The position numbers and the translations under genes were made by a program. Below the pieces are notes generated by a model. That model was not told the origin of the DNA. It searched no databases and saw only the letters and a program-made list of their open reading frames with translations. This document shows positions 40,391-54,877 of a stretch of DNA of 64,000 bases, piece after piece. Each line of letters opens with the position of its first letter. The stretch's first letter is position 1. The DNA is from Octopus vulgaris (Eukaryota), in the NCBI GenBank assembly GCA_951406725.2, contig OX597827.1, forward strand, positions 35,464,001 through 35,528,000. The letters run 5' to 3'.

Positions 40391-41132
40391 TTAACACAAG
40401 AAATGCCAGGGAATGGTAAATCCTCGATGCTTATTAATCCTGACTAAATCACATGAGGTAAGATAGCTGAGACACTAAAAGATCTCTATTACTATTGATT
40501 ATTTCGTGCAGCAATTTAGATTGTAATAAATTTTGGTTTAAATAGTTGACAGCTAGCAACCACCAGATTTCCAATCTATGCTGAATCAGCTTTAGATTTT
40601 ATCTTGGGAGAAGAGTTATTTTAATTCTGCTGAGAGAAATATGAGATTACGAAAGGAAAATCAATATCCTCGGTCCGTATTGTACGTGTGTGTCTCTATA
40701 TGTGCATGTGCATATATATGTGTGTATATATATTACCAACATTTAGGTGGCGATTAACAGTACTTCTCAGTATAAATACGGCATTCTAATAGAGATTTTC
40801 TTAACGACTAATTTACTAGTTGCAGAACAAGTGGCTGTGTAATACTGGTTTCTATATATTACAAGCTGAGGGGAACTACTGCTTTGTCTACCAGACGGAA
40901 AGTCATTGCTGAGGATGACCAAGATGAGGTCGAAATCACATGATTTGCTGTTCTCCTAGATTGAATGGTCGAGAGTTTCTATCTTCTTGCAATATGTATT
41001 GAGTGCGAAGTGGGCTGAGTGACCAGCTGGGGGAGGCGTCCTCCTGCGTTGGAATAGCAGTGTCGTCTGTTCTTATAAAATACCCACGTTTAGCTGGCGA
41101 TAAATATTATTTATATTACTTATACACACACT

Positions 41133-41176
<44 letters not shown>

Positions 41177-41329
41177 GTTGAAATTTATAGAAAAACAAAA
41201 CACAAAGACAGGTGTAGGAACAAACAAGTGTATTAGTTTGACGCTCTTCAACAGAAAGGAATAAGGGGAAATAAAGAGAGAGAGAATTAAAAAAGAGACA
41301 TAAATACGACCACAGTATGGATAAGTAGT

Positions 41330-42015
41330 CCCGGCTGCGTAGTTAAGAAGCTTGCTTTGCAACCACATTGCTCCGGATTCAGTTCCACCGCACAACTCCT
41401 TGGGCAAGTGTCCTCTAATATAGCCCCGGGCAATCTAATGCCCTTATAAGTCAATTTGGTGTATAGAAAGTATTTTCAAGTCCGTCATACGTGTGTATAC
41501 TCTTTTACTCTTTTACTTGTTTCAGTCATTTGACTGCGTCCATGCTGGAGCACCGTCTTTATTCGAGCAAATCGACCCAAGGACTTATTTTTTGTAAGCC
41601 TAGTACTTATTCTATCGGTCTCTTTTGCCGAACCGCTAAGTTACGGGGACGTAAACACACCAGCATCGGTTGTCAAGCGATGTTGGGGGGACAAACACAA
41701 ACACACACACACACACACACACATATATACATATATACGACGGGCTTCTTTCATTTTCCGTCTATCAAATCCACTCACAAGGCTTTGGTCGGCCCAAGGC
41801 TACAGTAGAAGACACTTGCCCGAAGTGCCACGCATCTTTCTGTCTGTATTTGTCCTCTATCACCGCTTAACAACCTCTGTTGGTTTGTTAACGCCTCCTC
41901 AAAAATATAGCAATTCGGCAAAAGGAACAGATACAATAAGTACCAGATTTTAAAAAGTAACTACCGGTGTCGATTTGTTTGACTAAAACTTTTCAAGGCG
42001 ATGTCCCAGCAGTAA
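41330..42015. mobile_element. Nested SINE A: minus copy (41500-41830) inside a plus copy (head 41330-41490, tail 41835-42015)
   Basis: Head and tail of the + copy flank a reverse-complement copy. Confidence 0.72.
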
Positions 42016-42044
42016 AAAAAAATAAAAGACACCCTTAACCCCAC

Positions 42045-42405
42045 TCTGAATTGCGACAACGCTCCTCTCTTCAAAGACAGTGATACTGAACAACGAAACA
42101 ACAGGAATCTTGGGCGTAGAATTAATTAGCCGTGGGTTTTTTGGTCTCAAACAAGGCTCAGATTGTAAATACATTTGTGTGGAATGGCGTGACGGGAACA
42201 GTCTGATCCCAATTATTGAAAGAGAATGTGAAAAGGTTCACTAATTCATTCAGATGAGCGACCCGCTTATAATAATTTAAACGTTATAGGTTATCACCAT
42301 CTGCCAGTGAACCATTAACGACATTATGTGGATCCAGTGACCGGAGCACACATTCAGGCCATTGAGTGCTCATGGTTGGATGCTAAAACTATGTTTCTGA
42401 AAGAT
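42045..42405 (+). mobile_element. Merlin / IS1595 (ISXO2-like) transposase catalytic fragment
   Basis: PWVFGL...VEWRDGNSLIPIIERECEK/GSLIHSDERPAYNNLNVIGYHHLPVNH*RHYVDPVTGAHIQAIECSW. Confidence 0.85.
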
Positions 42406-42440
42406 AAGGTAAATAACCCAGTTTGACACCATTTGGCAAT

Positions 42441-42700
42441 TTTTCCCTCGTCGTACATGATAAACTATAGCTCCACACACCTCGCGGCACATATTGTACC
42501 AGTCAGTAATTGTATATTTAGATTTTCCTGTTAGAGTCACTGCTGTGGTCATGGGTATATCTATGACAAAGAAAAATATTAGTTCTAAAATCTCACTCAG
42601 GCTCAGCTTGCAGTTTAATTTGTTGTTTATGTCCATATAATGGGAAAATTGGTTTCCTTTAGTAACTGAACGTTTAAAATAGATAACTCTGACTATACTG
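42441..42700 (-). mobile_element. Merlin transposase N-terminal fragment, inverted
   Basis: KLSLSEILELIFFF...TGKSKYTITDWYNMCREVC resembles the T..DW.N.CREVC motif that precedes the DDE domain in Merlin transposases. Confidence 0.72.
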
Positions 42701-42774
42701 TTAGACAACGTAGTAGACCGCATACTATGCTAGTACCGGGACACACTCATTTAATTATTATGCATACATTTGTA

Positions 42775-43200
42775 TAGTTAAGAAGCTTACTTTGCAATCA
42801 CGTGGTCTCGGGTTCAGTTCTACTGCGCTGCATCATGGGCAAATAACTTCAACTATAACCTTACACGAACTAATGCTTTGTTAGTGAATATGTTAAACAG
42901 AAAGTCTGTGGAAGTCCGTACATGCGCGCGCACACACACACGCACGCACACACACAAACACACACGCACATACATGTATGTATACATGTATGCGTGTACC
43001 TTTGTGTTTATTGTCTCCACGGCTTGTCAACTGGTGTTGGTTTAATTCACCTCCCGTAAATTAGCAGTTTGGTGAAAGAGAACGATAGAATAAGTACCCG
43101 ACTTCAAAGAAATAAGTACTGGAGTCGATTTATTCGACTAATACCCTTAAGGACGGTGCCCCAGCACAGCCGCAGTCCACTGATTGAAACAAGTAAAACC
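42775..43200 (+). mobile_element. SINE family A, diverged
   Basis: Head, internal (CA)n and tail ending GAAACAAGTAAAA. Confidence 0.72.
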
Positions 43201-44241
43201 AAGGATATTATGACTCATACGTAACAGATACGACCGTAGTCACATGCATGTGTGCACCCATATAACGTGTCTCTACAAGTAGACACAGAGCACGGGGATG
43301 GCTGTGCGGTTAAGAAGTTTGCTTTAACTTCGTGGTTTCGAGTTCGATGTCATCGCACGGCACTTTGGTCAAGTGTCTTCCACCATAGCCTAGGACTAAC
43401 CAAATTTTGTACGTGAAATTTGGGAGACAGAAGCTGTGTGGGAAGACTGTCGAAAGGACTATTTACAGTTTAGGTGGTAAAGTTAATGTGTCACTCAGTT
43501 TAATACCACTAAATGGGTTCTCTTGGCAGAATACACATTGTTTCAAAAGCTTGGGTTATTTCTTTGATCCGAAGATAACTTAGTCCCTTTCTGCCACCAA
43601 TTAAGAGAATCTTGAGAAAGATCATGGGCACGGCCATGATCGTCGCTTAACGTCCACTTCATCAACATCATTGTTTAACGGCCACTTTTCTATGTGCGTA
43701 TGGATCTGACGAAACTTGTTGAGACGGATTTTTCAACGACCAGACTATAGTGTTTACAAAGGGAACTTCATTCAGGATACAGCCATGCCTGTAAAGGCGT
43801 GATCAACTCAACTTCTGTTTTTCTAACATTGACAGATAGAAGTGTATCAAATAGCATACAACATGAATTCTTGACTTACAGGATGTGTCACAATTGCCAA
43901 ATAGCAGTTAAGACCAGGCACCAGTCGAGAAAGGGAAATAATCTCAAGGTTCAAGAATTTTTACAAAATTGACATGCGTATTGTCTGGTGGTAAGAGGCC
44001 ATCTTGGACATTTCTTCCCGGCTCAATAACCGTCCTGAGCACGACAATTGACTGACTTTACCCCCAGCAGCTAAAGGACATAGACTTATACAAAATGAGC
44101 AAAAAAACATTTATGGTTCAAGTTTTTCTACTTTAGCTTCATCTGTTATCCCTTCACAATCATATATTTCACACATACACACCCACACACAAAGAATATG
44201 ATGATGATGATAATGATGATGATGATGATAATGATGATAAC

Positions 44242-44292
<51 letters not shown>

Positions 44293-44731
44293 AGCGAATT
44301 GATCAATCAATTATTTATGACAATTATTTCTCAAATTTCTGTCTTCTGTTCTCTTCTTTTTCTTAAACAGATCGTGTTTTGTTTTCCAACTTGTCATGTT
44401 TTCAACTTTCGTTTTTCATGTTCAGGCAATTCGTAACCTATGATCTTAACCTTTCGTCTGAATACTTTTGATTTGTCTCGCAACGAGAATATGCGTACAT
44501 ACATACATACATACATACATACATACATACATACATACATACATACATACGTACATACATACATACATACATACATACATACATACATACATACATACAT
44601 ACATACATACATACGTACGTACGTACCTACATACATACATACATACATACCTACATACATACATACATACATACGTACGTACGTACGTACATACATACAT
44701 ACATACATACATACATAGATACATACATACA

Positions 44732-44762
<31 letters not shown>

Positions 44763-44937
44763 GTACGTACATACATACTACCACTATATCTAGGTCATTT
44801 TATCTATCGACCTCTATCTGTCTCATCGCCCTTTTCTCTCTCTCTCACTCTCTCTCTCTCTCTTGTGCGTGTGTATGTGTGTGTGTGGACATATATATGT
44901 GCGTGTGTATGTGTGCGTGTATGTATGTATATATATA

Positions 44938-45087
44938 TGTCCCAGGGGCGATATTGTCCGAACCCTCGTCGCCACTGATATGTCCCATGATGACGATGTA
45001 CCTTTGCCGACCGACTTTACTGACTGTGTCACTCCACTATTTATTAGTAGTGGACCAGCCCACTTCTCGCCTGGGGACGTCCGCTAC

Positions 45088-45088
<1 letters not shown>
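44938..45088 (-). mobile_element. Miniature LTR-like remnant with PBS-like TGGCGACGAGG
   Basis: 108-bp TGTAGCGG...TGGGACA unit containing AATAAA; PBS-like motif 6 nt downstream; a second TGGGACA end; sits in (TA)n. Confidence 0.45.
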
Positions 45089-45133
<45 letters not shown>

Positions 45134-45476
45134 AATGGGTGTGTTATAAAACTATTCTGCACGTACAATAACAGGTATACCAACAATCCAACATACCTCC
45201 ATCATCAGCTGCCCCACGGATATCACTATGGTTTCGACACTTGCGCAGTACCATTCAATCCGGCGTCTTTAACAGCACTAAAATATGTGTTTTGGGGGAA
45301 TAAACATACCTTAGATATCACCACATTCATTCAATCTTAATTCTAAGAAGGATTAAACACTAACATTATTAATTAAATTTCAACAAAGAAATACATTTAC
45401 TCTATGAAGAAAAACAGTATCGATAAATAAATTCATTAAGTAAACCTATAACTAACTCCTAAATTTTCTAAATAGC

Positions 45477-45519
<43 letters not shown>

Positions 45520-45638
45520 ATCAAATTAAATAAACTGAATTAACTTTTATTTGCGGTTGTAACTTTTATTTGCGGTTGAAGCTTTGGCTGTTATTTCTAG
45601 TGGGTGAATGGCCTATTATGGCCGTTCCTTTATTGTTG

Positions 45639-45699
<61 letters not shown>

Positions 45700-45950
45700 G
45701 AAAACTCCGGTCGAGAAATTCCTTATACTGATCGGTCAGTTTCAGTTAATTCCGTCGCCTTATCGACTGATTCCGGACTTAATTCTCTGTCAGTACTTTA
45801 ACTACAGGATTAGAGCATTTTAGCTCTTATTTATGATAATGTAGGTGTTCTAACACTCTAGTTATATTTAGTGACATTTATACGTATATGTGTATGTTTA
45901 TGTGTGTTTATGTGTGTGTGTATGTATATATATGTGTGTGTATATGCATG

Positions 45951-46048
<98 letters not shown>

Positions 46049-46233
46049 TGTGTATGTACGTATGTATGTATGCATGCGTATATGTACACGCCAGAAAGTG
46101 AGCGAAGCAGTGAAGGAAAATATACAAACTTTATACAACATACAAATTATACAAAATATACAAATTTTAATGTTCTGAGAGGTATTTGTACCTGTGAAGG
46201 CTTTTCAATGCAGTCTGTCGTAGGGAGAGGGGG

Positions 46234-46350
<117 letters not shown>

Positions 46351-46747
46351 CGTATACATATGCATAACTAAAATAAATTTGATAAATTTGATGAGGTGAA
46401 GTATCTGATCTAACTCTTCAACTGTTCACCATATTTTATTCTGTCATTCTTGAAGTAGCATTTCGTGATCTCTCCGATAAATCATACTCTAGTTTCGGAG
46501 ATTTCCAACGGCAAGTATCCAAGGTGAAAGACAAATCAAAGTTTCGACCTGTGTATAAGATATTCCTCTCGAAGATAACTGTGCTCTTCTAACTCGTAGC
46601 CCTTTTCTATAAAATGCAGCATTATTGTAAGCAGATTTTTGAAAGCTACAAATGTGAGTTCCTCAAAATCCCCCACTGTAAACGTGTGCTGTGTTACGCC
46701 TTCAAAGTATGTTTGGGCCTCTCTGCCTCTGTGTATGTGTGTGTGCT

Positions 46748-46808
<61 letters not shown>

Positions 46809-47432
46809 AGGAAGATAAAAATGATGAATGAGTAAATAATTGATACTAAGGCCGTTATATTTTTAAAGTGTAATTTGACCACTAGGGATGACTACCCTAG
46901 TGAACAAAATGGACTCTTAAAAAACGGGGGACAAGTTAGTGAAAATGCATCGATTAATGATACATGGGATCAAATATCTAGCGACTTCATCTACCAAATA
47001 TGAATAGTTGAGGTGGGGGAGAGTCGTGTAGGGAATTCTGGATTCGTGATCGTGTCGTAGATAATTTTATTCAATTTATTTATTTAAATTGTTCTGTATA
47101 ATATGCAACACAGCTATTAAAGGCAACGAAATTCGGTTGTGGATAATCCTCCTCTCCAGACAATAACAAAAACAACAACAGTAAAAAAAAAACGAAAACG
47201 GTTTAAATAGGGACAAAAAACAACTAATAATAATTTATCATAAAGATACCACTCTTTCTCTCTGTTCCTCTCTTTCTCTCTTCTGAGTCACACTCTTCTG
47301 TCTCTTTGACACAGACATATAACAATTATAAAAGTCACCAGTTCAGGATCAATATTGTAAAAAATTATATAAGCAAATAGCAATTAATTTCACTGACGAA
47401 CATATGAACGCGTGTGCGTATGTATATGCGTA

Positions 47433-47488
<56 letters not shown>

Positions 47489-48249
47489 AGTGTGAGGAAG
47501 TGCGTGTAATCATTATTATGTGAATGTATGTGTGCATGTACATGTGTGTATATTTTCAGAAAAAGAGATGCATGCATGTTTGCATGTATGTATGTATGTA
47601 TGTATGTATGCATGTATGCATGCATGCATGGATGGATGGATGGATGGATGGATGGATGGATGGATGGATGTGTGAATGTGTACATACAGAAAAGAAACTC
47701 GCCATGTCAGGCTGAAAGTTCGATAACATGGGATTTGCATCAAGTGTTTTTAAATGGTATATTTATGATTCATTGTACGCGCGTTTGTGTGTGTGTTGTG
47801 TGTGTGTGTGTTGTGTGTGTGTTGTGTGTGTGTGTGAGTGTGTGTGTGTGCGTGTGTGAGTGTGTGTGTGCATTGTTTCACGTTTATTGACTTATATTTG
47901 CAGTGATTAGTCACACATTTTACAGTACATTCTCACATACACGGATACATAGATACACACACACACACATACACAAACACACATACACACGCACACATAC
48001 ACACGCGCGCGTGCACAGGCACGCACGCACACATACACACACACACAGATACATACACATACGCACACACCTCATCTTTCAAAGCTGATGAACTCGTCGA
48101 CACAACTCGGAGTATCTTGCTACATAGGTTCTTTCTTGCATATACACACTTTTGTACATAGACTTTTGAGAGCAGAAACATTTGCAAACACAGCACCTCA
48201 AGTATATATGTGACCGCTTGTATGTGCATATTTATGCATTCGTGCGGTC

Positions 48250-48416
48250 GCACAGCTACTAGGCAACAGAGGGGAGGCGACCCGTCTCAGGCGGCACTTT
48301 TCTGGGAGCAGCACTTTTGGGTCAGCTATATAAGCCCTGTATAGGCCTGGGGTGTAGGCCGAGGGCGACAAATTCAAAGGCTGCATCCGGCAGCACATTC
48401 TCTAGTTACGCCCTTG
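48250..48416. mobile_element. GC-rich hAT-like MITE remnant
   Basis: Right end CTAGTTACGCCCTTG resembles CAGGGGCGTAACTAG-type TIRs; internal repeat GCACTTTT; left TIR poorly preserved. Confidence 0.35.
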
Positions 48417-48451
48417 TTTGTGTATGCGTGTGTATGTTTATATGTGTGTGA

Positions 48452-48505
<54 letters not shown>

Positions 48506-49837
48506 GTGTGAGCGTGTGTTTGCACGTTTAGGACATCAGACAGAATGAACGCCTTCTAATCATTCAAGACTACATGATACTCTAAATACATTTGAGTCTA
48601 GATTGTGTCCCATCGAAAGCCGATATACATGAACATGTAATATACAGCACCCGATTCAAGTACATTCTCACATACACAGATACATATAGATGCACACACA
48701 CACACATAAACACACGCACACTTACACACGCGCGCACAGGCACACACGCACACACATATCTCATATTTCAAGGCTTAGTCAGAGGAAGAAAGGTTACATC
48801 AATAATCTTATTGAACGGACTCTCACTCTAATAGAGGAAACAGAAAAAACTGCAAGTCGTTGCTGGCTGTAATAGGGAGTAATGTATGAAAACAAAATGT
48901 CGAATTAAAAACGAAGACCAGCGGAAACTACCGGAGACTTCTGGAGATCCCCTGAGACCAATAAAAACTATAGGAGACCATATGAGACTATAGGAGACCA
49001 TATGACACACGAGACTAACGAAACCACTGGAGGCTATTCAAAACCACAGTATGCTCAATCCGAATGATTGCAACAGAGCTGACTCCACTAAAGATCGCCA
49101 AGTGATGGTAGTAATAGTGGAGGTGATAATGGTGGTAATAAATGGGATGGTATATTAAGTTTACCACCCAACAACAGATGTAGGTAAGTCCATCTGGTAG
49201 ACGGCTACATAGTTTCATCATCATCACCATCATCAGCAGCAGCAGTATTACTGCCTCAGGTCCAAGGCTGATTACGCGGTTTCCATGAACATACGAGTGA
49301 CCGAGATCACATCATTCTCCTTGAACGGAACGTCAGAACACAATTCAAGAACACAACACAACACACCGCCCGGTACGAGAATCGAACCAATTACCTGACG
49401 GTCTTGAATGTAACACTCTAACCACGTGCCTTCAATACATAGTTTCCATCTCTCCAAATTCTACGAAAAGTCTTTGAAGGTTATGGTAAAGAGACGTATG
49501 TCCAAGATATTGGTAGATACGACAGAGATGAGTCACAATGAAATAGACTCTTCTAAGGTTTGGATGTACATGGTAGCCATTTGGTCACGGTATGGGAGTC
49601 AATAGAAACAACTTGCTTAAGGCTTGTGTATCCTTTAGTAGAAATACACTTAGGTAAATTTTTGCTCGGGCAATTTTGGTAGAAATAGGATTACCTGAAG
49701 TATGAGTGGCTATGGAAGAGAGGAGACATTTGTTCAGGTCTTGAGAAGCTGGCTATAGCAGAGTAGTTGTGTCAGAGAATTGCCCAAGTATTGAATAGAT
49801 ATGGTAGAGAAATATTACCAAAGAGCTGGAAGATTAT

Positions 49838-49872
<35 letters not shown>

Positions 49873-50389
49873 TTCCAATATAGCTCGTCCAGAATCAGAT
49901 AATTCGTAAGTGAATTTCTCAACCACATAGCCATACCTTCATTTTGACTTCACCCATTGATCAGATTGCTTGTCTGTCTAGCTGAAATAAATCGTTAGTA
50001 CCGCCTTACCATATACTTAAGTACAACAAGATCTGACCTGTATCCGAGGAACTGAACTGGTTTTAAATATAAACAATTAAATTGTGGAGAAGAGTTGGGG
50101 TGGTGAAGTGGGTTTTCCAAACGTTTTAAAGCATGAAAAGCATAAACCCAGTAAATATATTGTTTATATATGTTTGTATGTATGTGAATGTATGATTATA
50201 TATGTCGTTAATGTGTATGTGTATGTATTTGTATGTGAATGTGTGTGTGTGTGTGTGCATGTGTGTGTATGTAACTATGTGTATGTGTATGTTTGTAATA
50301 ATATAATAATAACTGGTAAACATATCAATAAACAAATTCAGCTGTTGGTTTTAAAATTTTGTCATACACACACACGCGCACACAGACAG

Positions 50390-50430
<41 letters not shown>

Positions 50431-50768
50431 CATACATACATACATACATACATACATACATACATACATACATACATACATACATACATTCATGCATATA
50501 TGTATACATATATATTCCAAATATATATGTATTCCGAATATATATATACTCCAATCAATACGAATCGTAAGCTAAGGGAAAGTAACTCAAGTGGGCCATT
50601 GGCACAAATTTAGATAAAGCAAGTAGGTGACGATGTACTGAATAGCATATTATAAAAATTACCAATCGATTGAAACAAGCCTCTTAGTTCGAGAAGGAAA
50701 CAAAGAAACAATCAAGCGGCAATTAGTAGTCATTCTTAATAAGAAGGGGGAGATAATTTCAAGAATCT

Positions 50769-51184
50769 TATTTCTTTATTACCCACAAGGGGCTAAACAT
50801 AGAGAGGACAAACAAGGACAGACAAAGGGATTAAGTCGATTACATCGACCTCAGTACGTAACTGGTACTTAATTTATCGACCCCGAAAGGATGAAAGGCA
50901 AAGTCGACCTCGGCGGAATTTGAACTCAGAACCTAACGACAAACGAAATACCCATTTCTTTATTACCCACAAGGGGCTAAACATAGAGGGGACAAACAAG
51001 GACAGACAAACGGATTAAGTCGATTACATCGACCCCAGTGCGTAACTGGTACTTAATTTATTGACCCCGAAAGGATGAAAGGCAAAGTCGACCTCGGCGG
51101 AATTTGAACTCAGAGCGTAACGGCAGACGAAATACGGTTACGCATTTCGCCCGGCGTGCTAACGATTCTGCCAGCTCGCCGCCT
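50769..51184 (-). mobile_element. Young SINE family B dimer
   Basis: Reverse complement of the structure at 27633-28051, with the same internal junction. Confidence 0.88.
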
Positions 51185-51238
51185 TGAACCTTAAGATTAA
51201 TCTCACAGGAAACTGAATTTGCAAGTTTAAGAAATTTA

Positions 51239-51304
<66 letters not shown>

Positions 51305-51306
<2 letters not shown>

Positions 51307-51506
51307 CCGTCCAAAAGAGTTGCAGGAGATTCCAAATTCGTCTAGAGGCCGTGGTTGAAGCCAATGGCGATTTTATTGAATAAATTTATTCTTTAGTATT
51401 TCAAGATATTTTTGTGTAATTTTGGTAAATATATCTGTTAAAATGAGATGTCAGTGTTATTTTCATTTTTGCGTAATTTAGACGACAGTTTATTCGCCAT
51501 ACCCTG
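51305..51506 (+). mobile_element. 3' end of a Tc1/mariner-superfamily element (maT/DD37D-like)
   Basis: VQKSCRRFQIRLEAVVEANGDFIE* followed by terminus ...CCATACCCTG-TA. Confidence 0.7.
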
Positions 51507-51591
<85 letters not shown>

Positions 51592-52589
51592 ATGTATGTA
51601 TGCATGTATGTATGCATGTATGTATGTATGTATGTATATGTGTATGTATGTATGTATGTATGCATGTATGCATGTATGTATGTATATACATACATATATA
51701 TGTGTGTGTGTGTGTATGTATGTATGTATATATGTATGTATATAAAAGCACTCAACGCAGTAGCAGGAGTTACATATATTATTGTTTAAAACAGTTAATT
51801 CATCTCCATGCGATGAACCGGAACGCATTAGGTTTCTGTAAGAAGCCTGTAAAACCTGAAGTTGCATGAAGCCTAATCAAACTGTTTGTCTGTTTGTCTG
51901 CTACTCTGTAAGTCTATCTATCTATATATACTTCTGTCTGACTGTTTGTCTATGTATCTGCCCACGTCTGTGTATTTATATGCATGTATATCATTTGATC
52001 TATTTTCCATTGCATACATCCGTACACACACACACACACACACATACACATACACACACACACCATGATTGCATAATTGCATAATTGAACTGATTACATT
52101 CTGTTGCGTCTCTATTAATGACTCCATATCACATTTTGTTTCGTTACGCCCTATCAAACATACGCAGCAATATGACCATATTCTGTCGTACTGAGTTTTA
52201 TTCTATTGTGGAACAATACGGAAATTTAGCTATTCTGGCCCATCGCCGTCACACATCACTTCATTTCGATAAGGTACGGATAGATCATGACATTTATCTC
52301 CACATCACAGCACAAGCTTTTCATGTTAGTTCCGTCACCCCATATCCCGCATCATTACATTGCATCAAGTTATATTAGGATATGACACCGTTGCAACACT
52401 TTGTCGCTAATTTTCGGCCAGAACACTGGGTCTCGACCGCTTTTGGTGTTTGTTTGGAAGCGGAAATTTTCTGGCATTGTACTAAATGTTAGAAATCACG
52501 ATCATGTGGTATTTAGGGACAGTTTTTTCACATTCTGAGATCAACTTTGCCTTTCATCCTCTCGCATGTATATAGAGAGACAAACAGTC

Positions 52590-52646
<57 letters not shown>

Positions 52647-52721
52647 CATACATACATACATACATACATACATACATACATACATACATACATACATACA
52701 TACATACATACATACATACAC

Positions 52722-52925
52722 ACCTAAGCTCTACGCGGCTCCGACAGAAGGTAATGGCGAACTTCTGCTGACTCTTTCGCCACAACTTTCTTTCACTCTT
52801 TTCTCCTGCATCTTGCAGCTCACCTGTGGTGGACCTGCGTCTCGTCCAGGTGGGAAACCTATACGCCAAGGAAACCGGGAAACCGGCCCTATGAGCCAGG
52901 CGTGGCTCGAGAAGGAACAACAACA
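52722..52925 (+). mobile_element. GC-balanced retroposon 3' fragment with (CAA)n tail
   Basis: Ends GGAAACCGGCCCTATGAGCCAGGCGTGGCTCGAGAAGGAACAACAAC, embedded in (CATA)n. Confidence 0.45.
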
Positions 52926-52985
52926 TACATACATACATACACACATACATACATACATACATACATACATACATACATACATACA

Positions 52986-53017
<32 letters not shown>

Positions 53018-53463
53018 CAGACAGGCTAGCAGGAAGGTAGGCAGACAGATAGCCAGACAAGTATTGTGTTTGTATGTTCTCTTAAAATGTCTTGACGGAA
53101 AACAAGCTGGTCATTAACGTGTAAGATGTCTTTCCTGTTTGAGTCAGTAAGAGTTTGAAATGTCTATGCGAGTGTGAGTGAACATGTGCGCGCGCATTTG
53201 AGTGTATGTACGTGCGTGTTTGACTATGTGTATTTGAGTGTGTGTTTGTGTATGTATGAGTGTGTGTGTGTGTGTAACATATGTGAATATAGATATAACT
53301 GCATGCTTGTCATGAGCGCATTCCTCCTGGATGTTTAAATGTAAATGTGGACGAACTCGTGCAATGTGCACTTGCGCGCGAGCGTGTGTGTATGTGTATG
53401 TATGTGTGTCAGTGTATTGATTACAAAAGAGATACTTTAACATTTTTTCTTATATTTTTGCAG

Positions 53464-54877
53464 TGGCCGGGAGATATTGACTCGTTCCAAGAAATCCTTC
53501 CCGAACTGAATATTCAGTATCGCAGACAACACTCAAGGACAGACTATAGAACCAACCAACGAATCGGGCAGACTGCCAGCCAAACAACCAAGCAGCGCCT
53601 CCTACTGGCGACAAAAGCAGTATGAATTTATCTATTAACAAACTTTGTCTTCCGCTGTCAATTGAAACAAATAAACAGTAAACCGATAAAGGGACATCGT
53701 CACTCAGTGGAAATCAACGAGTAACAATACACCAGGAGGGAACTTCCTAGAGGAAACTCACTAGGGAGACTCACCAGGAGCCACTAAATTGTTACATCTA
53801 AACCTAAGTAAAACAACAAGCAGCATGTAACAAATAAACATGTATCAACCAATCATTGGCAACTAACTTGAAACAAACACTCTGTGGTGATCATCTGACA
53901 GCAGCTAACTTATGGCAATCAATAAATAGCAATCAGAGATAGCAGATCACCAAGCAATATTTGTCTGTGAATGTCTATTGTCAGCCATTCTGTGACAGCT
54001 TCTGTTCTTGCTAAAATAAAGTCAAACATTTATCAGCAGTTCTAAAATTGTATAAAAATTATCTCAACGTCCCTCCACATTTCAGTAAATACCGAATCAG
54101 TTTCAACCATCCAACAAATATCAGCCATCAATCAGCGACAGCCATCCAATCAGTATCAACCATCCAAACATTTTTAAGCTATCCGATCGACTAAAACTGT
54201 CCATAAAAGGAACTTTGAGAAACATCTAACCACTGACCAGTATTTGTCATCAAGTGGTATCAACCATCGAATAGTCATAAATTATCAACTGACCAGACGT
54301 TAGCATAACTGACTGTAACTCATACAATTGTGTTTCTTAACGGTCTGTCTCACTGATAACCAACCGTCCATAAATCAGCAGTAACCAGTCAACCAACGAG
54401 CAGTAAAGAAATTCCGAAACAACAAATCATCCAGCATCGCCCATCCATTCATCCATCTACTGGTTACTGCTCATCTATCGATTCATTAATCATCCACGTT
54501 CCATCTACCAGCAACCTCTTCAAGGTTCATCATTCTTTCGACCAGAAGTACCAAACAGTGGTATTTTAACCAATCAAATCACTTAACTATCTTTTGTATC
54601 TGTTAATCACCAGTTAGCAGCTGCGATTTTGAATATTCTGCTATAATCCAACCAGCAAATTTAAGCAATTGGCCAATAGCAAGTTATCATCCAACCATCA
54701 AGAAACCATAACTCCAGCAGCTCTTTTATCCATCCGAACCAGCAACCGCTACAATCTAACCAACGGCAATACCAATCGGTAGCATTGTCACCAACCGTCA
54801 GCAGTGCTACCACTAAACCATCAGTATACAACCAGCCACCCAATTAACTTGTTAATCGGCAACTACCCACCGACATC
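53464..54877 (+). other. Probable long 5' UTR portion of the first coding exon of the K2P gene
   Basis: Strong acceptor TTTTTTCTTATATTTTTGCAG ending at 53463; no transposons or microsatellites; no ATG seen from 53974 to 54877; in-frame TAA at 54845. Confidence 0.55.

Noticed and set aside
42045-42405. Bacterial IS1595 contamination or recent transfer
   Set aside because: Decayed, flanked by host SINEs, and better explained by eukaryotic Merlin elements.
45190-45260. Minus-strand GAAAC ... CTGATGA as another hammerhead
   Set aside because: Core words are present but I could not build consistent stems.
44468-45340. Longest ORF in the track (290 aa)
   Set aside because: Open only because it runs through stop-free microsatellites and a small repeat remnant.
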